Positions 32,403 through 42,446 of a stretch of DNA of 64,000 nucleotides are shown here, one piece after another (the first letter of the stretch is position 1; the number at the start of each line of letters is the position of its first letter). Under the pieces are notes generated by a model. That model searched no databases. It had not been told where the DNA came from and saw only the letters and a list, made by a program, of their open reading frames with translations. Source of the DNA: Escherichia coli (lineage in GTDB: Bacteria > Pseudomonadota > Gammaproteobacteria > Enterobacterales > Enterobacteriaceae); assembly GCF_016903815.1 (NCBI RefSeq), contig NZ_CP069974.1; one strand, 5' to 3'. The translations under genes and the position numbers were made by a program.

Positions 32403-33764
32403 TTATTTCTGTGGGATTTCCGTGATTTTCATGTCGGAGATATACACATTCACCAGGCGGAAATTATTGTCCATTGTGCGGCGGTACCGGTATGCCCCGT
32501 GGTCTTCTGCTTCTGCCACACTGCGCACGGCCTTACAGTCCCGGGGCAGGGCGGCCCACTGTGCCTTTGTCATTTCCCGGAAACCTTCCCCCGGATAGTT
32601 GACTACCGGCGGACGCTTCGCGGCCTGACTGGCGACGGCAGCCTCTTCTGCCGATGGTGCTTTGTAGTCCGTGATGCGATCGGGCGTCACTTTCATCGTG
32701 CCGCTGTACCCGAGAAAACTGTAATTTGGCGTTGTGACTGAACTCACCGCCCCGTTGCTTTTGTTCACACGGATGATGGTCAGCCACTCGCCCCGGCTGA
32801 AAACCTGTCCGCCCGGCTCAAAATCCTGTGTCCGGGTAACCACGCCGCCGCTTTCGTCCAGCATGGCACGCTCATAGATCAGGCGGTTCTGATAGTGGTT
32901 AACCCAGCGTTGTTGATGCTGAATCTGCCGTTCATGACAGCGGATCGCAATTTCGCGGGCCTGCTCCGTGGTGATGATGTCATCATCCAGGGCCGACCAT
33001 AACGATCGACTTCCTTCATACTGGCTTTTTTCTGCCGGGCGCGGATACGTATCCAGCGGGAAACAGGCGCTGATATGGTCATGACTGCTGATGAGTTTTG
33101 CCATATTCAGATCCAGCGATTCAGCCCGCCACATCGTCAGATATTTCTGCGACTGCGCGATGGTCTTTTCAGCCTTGCGCAAATCAGCTTCGATTTTTTT
33201 GATACGACGCCAGCGAACGTCCGGACGTTCTTTATACTTCGCGTGAAGCAGTGCCGACCGCGCCCGCTCTTCCCAGTATTCCGCACGTTCAAAGAGCATC
33301 ACGGCTCGTTTCATGCCGTTTTCAATACGCTGCGCATCACGACGGGCGCGGCGTTCGCTGTGATGCCCCACAAGAATGGGCTGACCGGGCGGGATCATCG
33401 CGGCCAGTCTTTCCACTTCATCAAGTGCCTGTGCGGATTCACTGGCCCGCTTTCCGCTGTATCCGGTAAACCGCTCCGCCCGTGCTTCCTGACGTTCAGC
33501 GAGCGTGCTGTCTTCATCCTCAATCTCTCCGGCAAGTGAGAGGAGCACGTCTTCCCGGCCCGGTGTCCAGGCTGGCGCGACAAACAGCGCCTGTTTTGGT
33601 GCCCAGCGGAAACCGGCATCATGCACTTTTTTATACGTCTCCGGGTCAAGACGTGACACGGCATACAGGCGCAGTTTGTTGTCATCCGGTGAGTAGGTCG
33701 CGCGGTACATCTGCACAGGGCTGGCGGCTTCCGGGGCGGTCATGGTGATTGCTGCTAATGTCAT
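32403..33764 (-). CDS. DUF3560-like leading-region protein
   Basis: 453 aa. The pattern ...FRWAPKQALFVAPAWTPGREDVLL...GQPILVGHHSERRARRD... is recalled as DUF3560 of IncF leading regions. Confidence 0.6.
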   Translation of the reverse strand: MTLAAITMTAPEAASPVQMYRATYSPDDNKLRLYAVSRLDPETYKKVHDAGFRWAPKQALFVAPAWTPGREDVLLSLAGEIEDEDSTLAERQEARAERFTGYSGKRASESAQALDEVERLAAMIPPGQPILVGHHSERRARRDAQRIENGMKRAVMLFERAEYWEERARSALLHAKYKERPDVRWRRIKKIEADLRKAEKTIAQSQKYLTMWRAESLDLNMAKLISSHDHISACFPLDTYPRPAEKSQYEGSRSLWSALDDDIITTEQAREIAIRCHERQIQHQQRWVNHYQNRLIYERAMLDESGGVVTRTQDFEPGGQVFSRGEWLTIIRVNKSNGAVSSVTTPNYSFLGYSGTMKVTPDRITDYKAPSAEEAAVASQAAKRPPVVNYPGEGFREMTKAQWAALPRDCKAVRSVAEAEDHGAYRYRRTMDNNFRLVNVYISDMKITEIPQK

Positions 33765-33815
33765 AAAATGTTCTCCTTCCGTCTGTTGCCGCCCCTCGCG
33801 GGGCGGCTCACCTCA

Positions 33816-34046
33816 TCAGTTAAAAGCGCGTTTCAGTTCGAGTGTGCGGAGCACCTGCCCGAAGGCCGTGTTTTTCATGGCGGGGATGTGTACACCACGC
33901 CCCCGGTGAAAACTCCGGGCAATGTGTCGCCCGAAGGCTTTCAGCACGGGGTCAATTTCCGGCGCGGGGATGTCTTCGCGTCTGAAACGGGGATGACGGC
34001 GGGGCTTTACAGCCGCTGCGGAAGGTGAAACAATACTTACTGTCAT
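33816..34046 (-). CDS. hypothetical basic 76-aa protein
   Basis: ORF with RBS AAGAGG 7 nt before the ATG. First gene downstream (minus sense) of repeat A3. Confidence 0.5.
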   Translation of the reverse strand: MTVSIVSPSAAAVKPRRHPRFRREDIPAPEIDPVLKAFGRHIARSFHRGRGVHIPAMKNTAFGQVLRTLELKRAFN

Positions 34047-34283
34047 AATTTAGCCTCTTATGACGTTAATTAATGAAACCGTAAAGACTGTTCGTGCAGT
34101 CTCTGCGGTGTGGATTAAGCAGGTCCCTGACCTGCTTTTTTCATATCTGCGTCTGACGTTCTCCGGTGTTTTCCTCCTTCTGTTCCTGCGTTCTCATTAC
34201 CTGCCAGCCGGATGACTGACAGAACACATAAATGCGTATTGCCGGAGCCTGAAATAAATCCTGATTTTTAAAGAACATCACCC

Positions 34284-34848
34284 GTTGAGTTTCGGGAGCC
34301 GCGGTTTTGACGTTTCGCGGGAACCTGCTGCTGTATACCCTGTGGTATGAACTTCACCCGTTTGAGAACCTTCGCCGCAAGGGGCATCACTGCCACGGCC
34401 TGACGCACCTGTCCTGGGCAGAACGCAAAATTTTTTACCGGGTTTTGGGTAAAAAATTTTGTGGGCTGTTCATTTACCCTGGACAGTCAGTGCGGCAGGT
34501 TGTGGCTGTATCAGCCCCAGGCGACAGGGACTCATACGGGTGTGTGGCACCGGCAGGCAATGAGCAGGGACCCGCCGCAACGACGGAGAGCGCGTGCGCG
34601 AAACGGCGTTGCCCCTTACATCCCGGCGGCCTTTTGCCGGGATGCCGGGAGCGCAGGCCACGGCGCGACAAGGGTGGCGCGACCGGAACGGTCGCTGCAA
34701 GCCCGGGGTTTTCACGCATCGGACCGTAGCGACAGCCCGAAACCGCGCCAGCGGGTTCGGCGGAGACTGGCGGGTGCGCCAGCAGCTGCCTGTCGGAGTC
34801 GGGCCTGACGACCGGATGCCGCCAGGCAGCCGGGAGCCGAAGGTGCGC
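34284..34848 (-). promoter_or_regulatory. GC-rich leading-region hairpin repeat, copy A3 (diverged)
   Basis: Alignable to A1/A2 along its whole length with many substitutions. The inner hairpin 34424-34463 keeps pairing through compensatory changes. The last approx. 75 nt before the intron are identical to A1. Confidence 0.55.
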
Positions 34849-37191
34849 GTGCGACAGGAAGTCGCTTAACGTATTGTTTTACATTGATAAAACCAGCTAT
34901 CCCATTAGCTGTAGCCTACCGGGACAGGCGTTGCCGGCAACGGCGGGGTCTGAAGCTCCCGGGACAACGAGAGCCGGGCGTCAGCCCGGGTAATGCCCCG
35001 TGAGGGGCTTTACCTTGCTGCAAGCATCATGCGGCAGGAGAGCAAGGCTGGTCAGAAGGGTTAACACATGTGAACTGTTGATAAACACCGTTATCGGCAA
35101 CAGGCCAAAGATGCTGACAGGCCTGAACCAAAAGGTACGGGGTCCGGTTGCTACCTCGCGCACAGGGAGCACATGGGCGCAGAGACCCCCGGTGAAGAGA
35201 CAGAACCCGCCCTGACCCTCTGTATGTTAAGCGGAACCTGGTAAACCCGTATCGCTGCCTCACAGGCAGGTGAACCGCAAGGAACACTGTTAGCGGTGCG
35301 GGCATAGGAGGACGGAAAAAGCGAATGCCCGGCTGTAATAACCGGGATACGGGGCAGGTTCCCCGACGCGAAAGCGGGCAGACTTCCGTCTGGTCTTTAA
35401 TTGCATGAAAAGCTGTAAAGCAGTCAAAAGGATATCAGCGAGATGAATACACACATCAGTGTGTCCACGATACCCCACCCGACAGGCTGGCACACCATAA
35501 ACTGGAAAGCATGCCATGCCCGGGTGCGAAAGCTACAGTTACGGATTGCAAAGGCAACCCGACAGCAACAATGGCGGCAGGTCAGAGAACTACAGCGCAT
35601 CCTCACCCGCTCATTCTCCGGCAAAGCCGTGGCTGTCAGGCGTGTAACTGAAAATACCGGTAAAAGGACACCCGGTATTGACGGAAAAATATGGCACACA
35701 CCGAAGGAGAAATGGGAAGGAATATGCAGCCTGAATCTGTGTGGTTACAGGCCACAGCCACTACGGCGAATACATATCCCAAAATCAAACGGCAAAACGC
35801 GACCGCTGGGCATACCCACAATGAGGGACCGGGCCATGCAGGCACTGTGGCTGCTGGCTCTGGAACCCGTATCCGAGACCACTGCTGACCATAACAGCTA
35901 TGGTTTCAGACCAATGCGCAGCACGCATGACGCCATTGAGTCCATTTTTCTGCGGATGAGCCAGAAAGTATCGCCCAAATGGATACTGGAGGGCGATATT
36001 AAAGGGTGCTTCGATAACATCAGCCATGACTGGCTGCTTTCCCATATTCCGATGGACAGGAGACTGCTTAAAAAATGGTTGAAAGCAGGTTACATGGAAA
36101 GAGGCGTGTTTAACCATACGAACAGCGGGACACCGCAGGAAGGCATCATATCCCCTGTTCTCGCCAACATGGCTCTGGACGGACTGGAGAAGGAACTGAT
36201 GCAAACGTTCAGGAAAAGTGGTTATCACAGTGCAAAGCACCAGGTGAATTATGTGAGATATGCTGATGATTTCATCTGTTCAGGCAGCTCCCGTGAATTG
36301 CTGGAAAATGAGGTCAGACCACTGATTGCAGCTTTCATGCGCGAACGAGGGCTGGAACTGTCGGAAGAAAAAACAGCGATCACACATATAGATAAAGGCT
36401 TCGACTTTTTAGGGCAGAACGTCAGGAAGTACAACGGTAAAATGCTGATTAAACCGTCGAAGAAAAACCTGAAGAACTTCCTCTGTAAAGTCAGAGAAAT
36501 AATTAAACGCAATCCGACGCTCCCGGCATGGAAACTGATAGGCCAGCTAAACCCGGTGATCCGGGGATGGGCTACCTATCACCGACACGTCGTGGCGAAA
36601 GAAACATTTAATTATGTCGACACCCAAATCTGGCGAGCTATATGGCGATGGTGTGTAAGACGGCATCCCCGGAAAGGATTGCGGTGGATCGCCGGACGAT
36701 ACTTCTCCTTTGAAGGCAGGCGCTGGATCTTTAAAGCCATAACCCCGGAAGGGAAAATTCTGACACTCTTCCGGGCAATGGAAACACCGATAAAGCGCCA
36801 TATAAAAATCAAAGGCGAAGCAACACCATACACCCCCGGAATGGAAATCTACTTTGAACGTCGTCTGGATCTAATCTGGAAAGGCAAATCAAAGAAGATG
36901 AAGACAGTAGTTCAACTCTGGAAGAGGCAGGGGAAACACTGTCCGCAGTGCGGACAACTCATAACCAACCAGACCGGATGGAATATACATCACCGGATCA
37001 GGAAAGTTATGGGCGGCAGTGACGAACTGACCAATCTCGAGTTGTTACATCCGAACTGCCACCGACAGTTACACAGCAGGGAAGCCGGTGCTCACCGAAA
37101 GCACTTATAAAGGCTTGAGCGGAGTGCGGGGAAACTCGCACGCTCCGTTCTTAGGGGGCGGCGGCGCAGCAATGTGCCGCTGCTACCCGAC
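34849..37191 (+). mobile_element. group II intron, type 1, copy 3
   Basis: Same ends and same insertion point as copies 1 and 2. Confidence 0.85.
35443..37110 (+). CDS. group II intron-encoded protein, copy 3 (G-to-E change in an RT motif)
   Basis: 555 aa, identical to copies 1 and 2 except TPQGGIISP becomes TPQEGIISP (GGA to GAA near 36139). Confidence 0.85.
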   Translation: MNTHISVSTIPHPTGWHTINWKACHARVRKLQLRIAKATRQQQWRQVRELQRILTRSFSGKAVAVRRVTENTGKRTPGIDGKIWHTPKEKWEGICSLNLCGYRPQPLRRIHIPKSNGKTRPLGIPTMRDRAMQALWLLALEPVSETTADHNSYGFRPMRSTHDAIESIFLRMSQKVSPKWILEGDIKGCFDNISHDWLLSHIPMDRRLLKKWLKAGYMERGVFNHTNSGTPQEGIISPVLANMALDGLEKELMQTFRKSGYHSAKHQVNYVRYADDFICSGSSRELLENEVRPLIAAFMRERGLELSEEKTAITHIDKGFDFLGQNVRKYNGKMLIKPSKKNLKNFLCKVREIIKRNPTLPAWKLIGQLNPVIRGWATYHRHVVAKETFNYVDTQIWRAIWRWCVRRHPRKGLRWIAGRYFSFEGRRWIFKAITPEGKILTLFRAMETPIKRHIKIKGEATPYTPGMEIYFERRLDLIWKGKSKKMKTVVQLWKRQGKHCPQCGQLITNQTGWNIHHRIRKVMGGSDELTNLELLHPNCHRQLHSREAGAHRKHL

Positions 37192-37423
37192 CCGGCAGAC
37201 AGAACAACACTGCAGTAGTCAGAATCAGAGCAGCAGATAAAGGAACAACAACATCAGGAACAGTTCCATAACATAAGAAAGAAACACTCCTGAGTCAGAC
37301 ACATCACAGACGGGAAGGGTAACGGGCGACGCGCCAGCGTGGCCCGCTTCCCTTCCGGCAGGCGTCAGCCTGCCAGGGGTTTTCGCGCGGACTGACAGGC
37401 GGCCTCCACCGCCTGCCCCTGTA

Positions 37424-37615
37424 TCACCTGTTTCTGCTACCCTGTAAGATGTAGTGACCGCCCAGGAAAACCGCCTGCTGATTCGCCACAAAATCGCAGA
37501 TTTCATCAACAATCTGCGCGGTGGTGAGCGGTTTCTGCCCCATTTCACGACGCCGCGCATTAATCACGGCCCTGTAATTACGCAGAATTTCGCGGGTTTC
37601 TGTGCTGATATTCAT
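37424..37615 (-). CDS. hypothetical 63-aa protein
   Basis: The ATG overlaps the stop of the upstream DUF1380 gene (ATGA). Function not recognised. Confidence 0.45.
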   Translation of the reverse strand: MNISTETREILRNYRAVINARRREMGQKPLTTAQIVDEICDFVANQQAVFLGGHYILQGSRNR

Positions 37616-38034
37616 GACATCGTCTCCCCGTCCAGCGCCTGTAACACAACGTCCATTGCTTCGCGTTCCTCCCTGACGAATGCGTCACCGTCGCCCCCGT
37701 TCTCACTCCCGACGGCATACAGGCGCTTCATTTCACTGCCTGCCAGCGCCATCACTTTTTCCAGCATCACCGCCGGGACTGTCACCTGACGGCTGGCGCG
37801 CTTTTCTTCCATCAGTTCACGAACAACGCCGTGAACAACGCTGACATCCGCACCATATTCAAAGGCATCGTCCAGCCGCTGCATGACGGTTTCCAGCTCA
37901 TCGTCTGTCAGACTCCAGTCCTGGGCTATGTGACGCACATCCCCACGGGTCAGCACTACGGCAAAAACGCATTCACTGTCCGGCACGTCTGTATCCAGCA
38001 CTTCGCGGATAATTTCTTTAACAGTACAGTACAT
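37612..38034 (-). CDS. DUF1380-like protein (140 aa)
   Basis: MYCTVKEIIREVLDTDVPDSECVFAVVLTRGDVRHIAQDW.... Paralogous in layout to 39750-40184 (both contain ...RQVTVPA..L...). Confidence 0.55.
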   Translation of the reverse strand: MYCTVKEIIREVLDTDVPDSECVFAVVLTRGDVRHIAQDWSLTDDELETVMQRLDDAFEYGADVSVVHGVVRELMEEKRASRQVTVPAVMLEKVMALAGSEMKRLYAVGSENGGDGDAFVREEREAMDVVLQALDGETMS

Positions 38035-38080
38035 GTTCTCGTCTCCTTTACAGGGGCGGCATTGCCGCCCCGTCCGTTAA

Positions 38081-38506
38081 TCAGTCCAGAGCCGCGTAAA
38101 TCGCGTTGCATTCGGGGTGAAATTCGATGTGACGCCACAACTGCGCATCGCGCATCCGGTAAAGCTGGGTCAGTCCTGCATCCCCGCTGTCGTGGTACAG
38201 CCACAACTGGCGGTTAATCACAAGGGAGGTCAGGATGATGCCTGCGGCATCAGCACTCACGGTACGGTCAAACCAGTTTGCACCGTTCACCATGTGGAAA
38301 CGGTCGCCATCCGGCATCATGTAACCGCCACCGTCCGGCAGGCGGATGAAGTGCCAGAAGCCTCCCTGATATTCCGGCATCATTTTTTGCGCCAGCGCGT
38401 ACACATACGCCTCGGCATACAGAAAATCGTTGCCAAACAGATACGGCAGAAAGGAGAGACGGTCGCACTCTTCAACATTCAGAGTGACAGGTTTCGCATA
38501 TTGCAT
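38081..38506 (-). CDS. klcA: KlcA/ArdB-family antirestriction protein
   Basis: 141 aa [65 protein letters not shown].... Confidence 0.85.
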   Translation of the reverse strand: MQYAKPVTLNVEECDRLSFLPYLFGNDFLYAEAYVYALAQKMMPEYQGGFWHFIRLPDGGGYMMPDGDRFHMVNGANWFDRTVSADAAGIILTSLVINRQLWLYHDSGDAGLTQLYRMRDAQLWRHIEFHPECNAIYAALD

Positions 38507-38548
38507 GATGTTTTCCTCCGTTGTTCACATATTCCGCGACACCGGGCG

Positions 38549-38774
38549 GTGCCGTGCCTCCATAAAAGCCGGGCGAACAGGCGGGGATGCAGGGGCGCAA
38601 GGGAAGCCGCAGCCTGACGCACACGGCTGACGGGAGTTGCAGGGTGAGACCGCGAAATCTGAGCGGGTGAACGACCGGAAAATCACGGCAGACGGGAAGG
38701 AGGGACCGGGTGACCGCAGCGGCGAAGCGTACCCTTGCATCAACGCCAGCCCGGCTAAGATGGAGGCACGGCAC
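38549..38774 (-). promoter_or_regulatory. Frpo-like single-strand promoter hairpin B1 upstream of klcA
   Basis: 15-bp perfect basal stem GTGCCGTGCCTCCAT / ATGGAGGCACGGCAC. The 3' arm carries TTGCAT (38735-38740), N15, then TAAGAT (38756-38761). AAG of the -10 faces AAA on the 5' arm, giving a 3-nt bubble. The base lies about 45 nt from the klcA ATG. Confidence 0.55.
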
Positions 38775-38922
38775 AGCCCGCACACGACGCTGAGGCCACA
38801 TAACTGAAAAACCACAAGGCCATGCCCTGCATGGCCGGGTAAAGCGGAGCCGGCGGCGACTTCCTTTGTGCTCTGTCCGGGGACCGGCAGGAAAAAGGCG
38901 GGGATTTACCCCGCCAGTGTCA

Positions 38923-39750
38923 TCATTTCCGGATTTTTGCCAGGGCATCCGCCATGCTGCGGATTTCGGTCCGGGCTTCCCGGACCACCTCCCGCAGAAC
39001 ACCACGGTCAAACCAGCGGCGGGGCGGTTCATCCGGTATACGCAGCACATCGCAGGCCAGCCCACTGGACAGGATATGCTCAATACACTCACTGACCAGA
39101 TACATTTCCACCGACGAAAAACGTGCTCCCCGGTTCACGATGGCATCGAGCACCACGGGCAGGTTTTCGTCATCTTCATCGAGCCAGCAGGGGTGATCGC
39201 TTTCCTTCACGACCAGGCGAAAGCGGCGCGTCTGGCGGGTCAGCAACGTCTGACCGGTGGTGGTCAGCGCCGCACGGATACGCCGCGCATCTTCTGCCAC
39301 CTGGTAACAGATGCTTCGTACCGCATCGTGCACCGCATCAAGAACAGCCCTGATTTCGTCTTCGGTCAGCCATTCTCCGGCATACGGGAAAGACACCTGC
39401 GTTCCGTCTGCCGGAAGTACCGGCAGCGACTGCCACTGACTGCCGGACAGTACCAGTTCCGCCCCGGTTCCGGTCAGTCTCTGAATGGCGGAGGCCAGGA
39501 GCGGCGGCAGTACGCCGCCGTGACGGTTGATAAGTAACGTCGCCAGCCGGGGCGCATCCAGCCGCACGTAAATGCTGATCCAGCCCGGATAGTTCGGATT
39601 TCGCTGGTCAACATCCGTCTCTTCCGGCCAGCCCTGCGCCAGCAGCAGGTTACGGGCGTGACGACAAATCAGTGCGTTCAGCGTGCTGTTTTCGTTCATG
39701 ATTAAGCGTTCTCCCTGTATCGCCGCCCGCAGGGCAGGCGGCGATAACAT
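38923..39750 (-). CDS. hypothetical protein (275 aa; alternative start 39699 gives 258 aa)
   Basis: The ATG at 39750 overlaps the upstream stop (TGATG). The alternative [11 protein letters not shown] start has RBS GGGAGA. No motif recognised. Confidence 0.55.
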   Translation of the reverse strand: MLSPPALRAAIQGERLIMNENSTLNALICRHARNLLLAQGWPEETDVDQRNPNYPGWISIYVRLDAPRLATLLINRHGGVLPPLLASAIQRLTGTGAELVLSGSQWQSLPVLPADGTQVSFPYAGEWLTEDEIRAVLDAVHDAVRSICYQVAEDARRIRAALTTTGQTLLTRQTRRFRLVVKESDHPCWLDEDDENLPVVLDAIVNRGARFSSVEMYLVSECIEHILSSGLACDVLRIPDEPPRRWFDRGVLREVVREARTEIRSMADALAKIRK

Positions 39751-40184
39751 CAGTTGTTTTCGTGTGTGTTGTTTTTCAGCAGGGTGCGGGCCTGATTAAC
39801 CACCGCCTGACGGCGGGTAACGCATTCCGGGACGGCGAGGCCGTTATCACGGGCGGCCCACTCACGTTTCCACAGTGCCTGTTCAGCGGTCTGAATCAGG
39901 GACGCCAGCAGTTCAGCAGGGACGGTCACCTGGCGGTTTTCGCTCACGTTGCTGATAATCTCCATCACCGCGGCGGAAGAAATACCGGATTCAGTCCGCT
40001 GGTCTTCCGGGATGTCCTCCATGCGCGCCAGGACGGTCCTGATTTCATGATCGGTCAGAGAAATTTCCATACCGTCAGCCAGTGCCTGAATCTCTTCCGG
40101 GGACCAGATAACCAGCATCAGCGGCGCGTCTCCCGGATACTTTGCTGCCAGCTCCCGGCATAGCGTTTCGCATGTTCCGTACAT
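39750..40184 (-). CDS. DUF1380-like protein (144 aa)
   Basis: [52 protein letters not shown].... Confidence 0.55.
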   Translation of the reverse strand: MYGTCETLCRELAAKYPGDAPLMLVIWSPEEIQALADGMEISLTDHEIRTVLARMEDIPEDQRTESGISSAAVMEIISNVSENRQVTVPAELLASLIQTAEQALWKREWAARDNGLAVPECVTRRQAVVNQARTLLKNNTHENN

Positions 40185-40197
40185 TCTCGTCTCCTTC

Positions 40198-40419
40198 TCA
40201 ATCTTTGAAGCAGGAATCCAGTTCCAGAATTTCGGTATACGCCTCCATAAACAGGCGATTGGCGCGATACAGCGTCTGGCGTGTCAGGCGTTCAACAAGC
40301 ACATCGGAATCAAAGCGACAGCGATGCTCCATATCGTTCAGCCTGGCCCGAAGGTCACACATGGTGTTGGCCACCTCCGCCACGTCGGCGCGAAGTTTTT
40401 CGTGTCCGGCATAGTTCAT
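40198..40419 (-). CDS. hypothetical 73-aa protein
   Basis: ORF immediately after the methyltransferase stop, helical-looking, not recognised. Confidence 0.45.
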   Translation of the reverse strand: MNYAGHEKLRADVAEVANTMCDLRARLNDMEHRCRFDSDVLVERLTRQTLYRANRLFMEAYTEILELDSCFKD

Positions 40420-41103
40420 TTACGCAGCCTCCGGCATAAACCAGTCATCATTCGCGGCCCCCTGCTGCATGGCCCGTTGCACGGCGGCAAGGCGTTGCTG
40501 CCCGGCACGGTGATACTGCTCAAGCAGCTCGATACCGATATACCGGCGTCCGGACTGGAGGGCGGCGACGCAGGTTGAGCCGCTGCCTGCAAACGGGTCC
40601 AGCACAATTGCGTTCGGGTGTGTGAAGCTCTCAATCAGCGGTTGCAGGCTGGTAACGGGCTTTTCCGTCGGGTGATGACGATTGCCAGAATATTTCCAGC
40701 CCAGCACGTCCGGCAGCGGGTTTTGTGGCAGACGTGGACGGCCTTTTGCCAGGATGTAGGCGCATTCGTGGCGATAGCCCACATATGCGGCCTTCGATGT
40801 GTAGTTTTTGGTGAAGACCAGGTGACCAACAACGCTGAATCCCGCATTTTTCCAGGCGGCCATAAAGCGATCGACGCGGTTCCAGCCGTAGAAGCTCACC
40901 ATCAGCGCGTCTTTTTTGAGTACGCGGTACATTTCATTACAGGCCGGTTGCAGCCATTCATCGGTTTTATCGCCGGCGATGGTGCGCCCGGAACGGTCAC
41001 GAAAACCGACGAGATATGGCGGGTCAGTTAATATGAAATCAATGGCGTTATCAGGGATACGCGTCATAACATCGATGCAGTTACCAAGGACAAAACGGGA
41101 CAT
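40420..41103 (-). CDS. orphan DNA methyltransferase (beta-class N6A/N4C, DPPY)
   Basis: 227 aa with motif IV ILTDPPYL early and motif I VLDPFAGSGSTCVAA late. No cognate endonuclease is present. Confidence 0.85.
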   Translation of the reverse strand: MSRFVLGNCIDVMTRIPDNAIDFILTDPPYLVGFRDRSGRTIAGDKTDEWLQPACNEMYRVLKKDALMVSFYGWNRVDRFMAAWKNAGFSVVGHLVFTKNYTSKAAYVGYRHECAYILAKGRPRLPQNPLPDVLGWKYSGNRHHPTEKPVTSLQPLIESFTHPNAIVLDPFAGSGSTCVAALQSGRRYIGIELLEQYHRAGQQRLAAVQRAMQQGAANDDWFMPEAA

Positions 41104-41487
41104 AACAACGCTCCTTCTCTTACAGAGGGCACCGGGAGGGCCCCCCTGTGGTGCCCGTTCCCCGCTGCCTGTGGGCTGTTCACCGCGTCCGGTAACGGGT
41201 CAGGCCGACCGTGGAATATCGCAGCCGTCGTCTTTTTGACGGCGAGAATATGCCGCGAAAGCGGCTTGAAGGGCGTTCATCAGAAAAGGGCGACAGGCTG
41301 GCGTACACTGTCACCGGTGCCAGCCGGGAGCAGTAAAAGCGCCCGTCCCGTGCCCGCCGGACGCGGGACACTGACCACAGGCAGCGTTCCTGCCGCGCCG
41401 CGTCAGCCGGCGCAGTAAAAAGAGGAGCACGGCGACATCCTTTGTCGGAAAAGAAACGGGCGGTTGCCCGCCCGTCTCCGTCATACT

Positions 41488-42414
41488 TCATCCCCCGTAA
41501 TGCGCCACCTTGTCGACTATCCACTCCGGCGCGGTGACTTCCGGCAGCTCATCATCATCTGTCGGGGAAGACCATTCCAGTTCCCCCCACAGCACATCAA
41601 CAAGCTCTCCACGCTCATATCGCTGCCAGCCACAGAAATTGCAGCCCTGTTCGGCGTACCAGTGCTCCAGCGTGCAGCCGAAACGGCGGCTTAATTCTGC
41701 AACAACGTTGCTTTCCGGCTGACACCACGGCGTGTCGAAATCCACTTGAATGAAGTTTTCTCCCTGACGGCTGATATTCACCTCATACCCCACAGGCCAC
41801 TTCACGCCATACTGTTCCGTATACCAGTGATACGCAGAAGGAACACCGTTCAGAACACCACCGTTAAAGCCATTCACTTCAACATCCAGGCGGGTGGGCA
41901 GAACCGTCAGCAGGTCAAACGGCATGGTTTTTTCCGGCAGTACATTGTCACACAGACGGTTCCACCACACCGATACATCCTCGTTACTCCAGAAGCCACA
42001 CCAGTCACCTCTTTTTGCGGTGAAATGCACGGTGATGGTTTCCCTGACCTCATCCGGTAATCCTTCCCAGCGACGCTGGCCAGTACCACTCTGCAGCCAG
42101 AGTTCATGCAGCATCAGGCAGTTTTGCTCATCCAGCAGTACACCGTTCTGCAGGTGTGTCAGCCAGCGGGTGAACGCGATATTCTCCGGCGATACAACAC
42201 CACGTCCGGCATCCGTCAGTCCGGGGCACGGTTCAAACTGCACATCTTCAGTGGTCTGCAGAAGTCCGGCACTTCCGGCCAGAAACAGCTGAATACCTTC
42301 ATTTGTGGCGCGGCGATAAAGCGGTGTGACGGCACCGCTGGCCAGTCGTTTAATCTCAGCAATCTGTGCCGGTTCACCAGAAAAATGCATACGATTCGAG
42401 CACCAGTTTGGCAT
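41488..42414 (-). CDS. DUF1281-like protein (308 aa)
   Basis: Start MPNWCSNRMHFSG with RBS GAGAGGAG. The track ORF adds 15 upstream codons. Confidence 0.55.
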   Translation of the reverse strand: MPNWCSNRMHFSGEPAQIAEIKRLASGAVTPLYRRATNEGIQLFLAGSAGLLQTTEDVQFEPCPGLTDAGRGVVSPENIAFTRWLTHLQNGVLLDEQNCLMLHELWLQSGTGQRRWEGLPDEVRETITVHFTAKRGDWCGFWSNEDVSVWWNRLCDNVLPEKTMPFDLLTVLPTRLDVEVNGFNGGVLNGVPSAYHWYTEQYGVKWPVGYEVNISRQGENFIQVDFDTPWCQPESNVVAELSRRFGCTLEHWYAEQGCNFCGWQRYERGELVDVLWGELEWSSPTDDDELPEVTAPEWIVDKVAHYGG

Positions 42415-42446
42415 GGGAATTCTCCTCTCACATGCGGCCTCCATCA

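Noticed and set aside
38472-39537. Long ORFs 38472-39092 (-), 38866-39537 (+) and 38525-38815 (-)
   Set aside because: They cover the GC-rich B1 hairpin region or run antisense to the 275-aa gene. Their composition is Arg/Gly/Pro-rich and typical of spurious frames in GC-rich DNA.
41180-41524. 114-aa minus-strand ORF in the interval upstream of the DPPY methyltransferase
   Set aside because: The interval is GC-rich with long-range self-complementarity, the ORF is Arg-rich and there is no RBS. It is more likely another structured regulatory region. I also could not support promoter hexamers there, so it is mentioned only in the findings.
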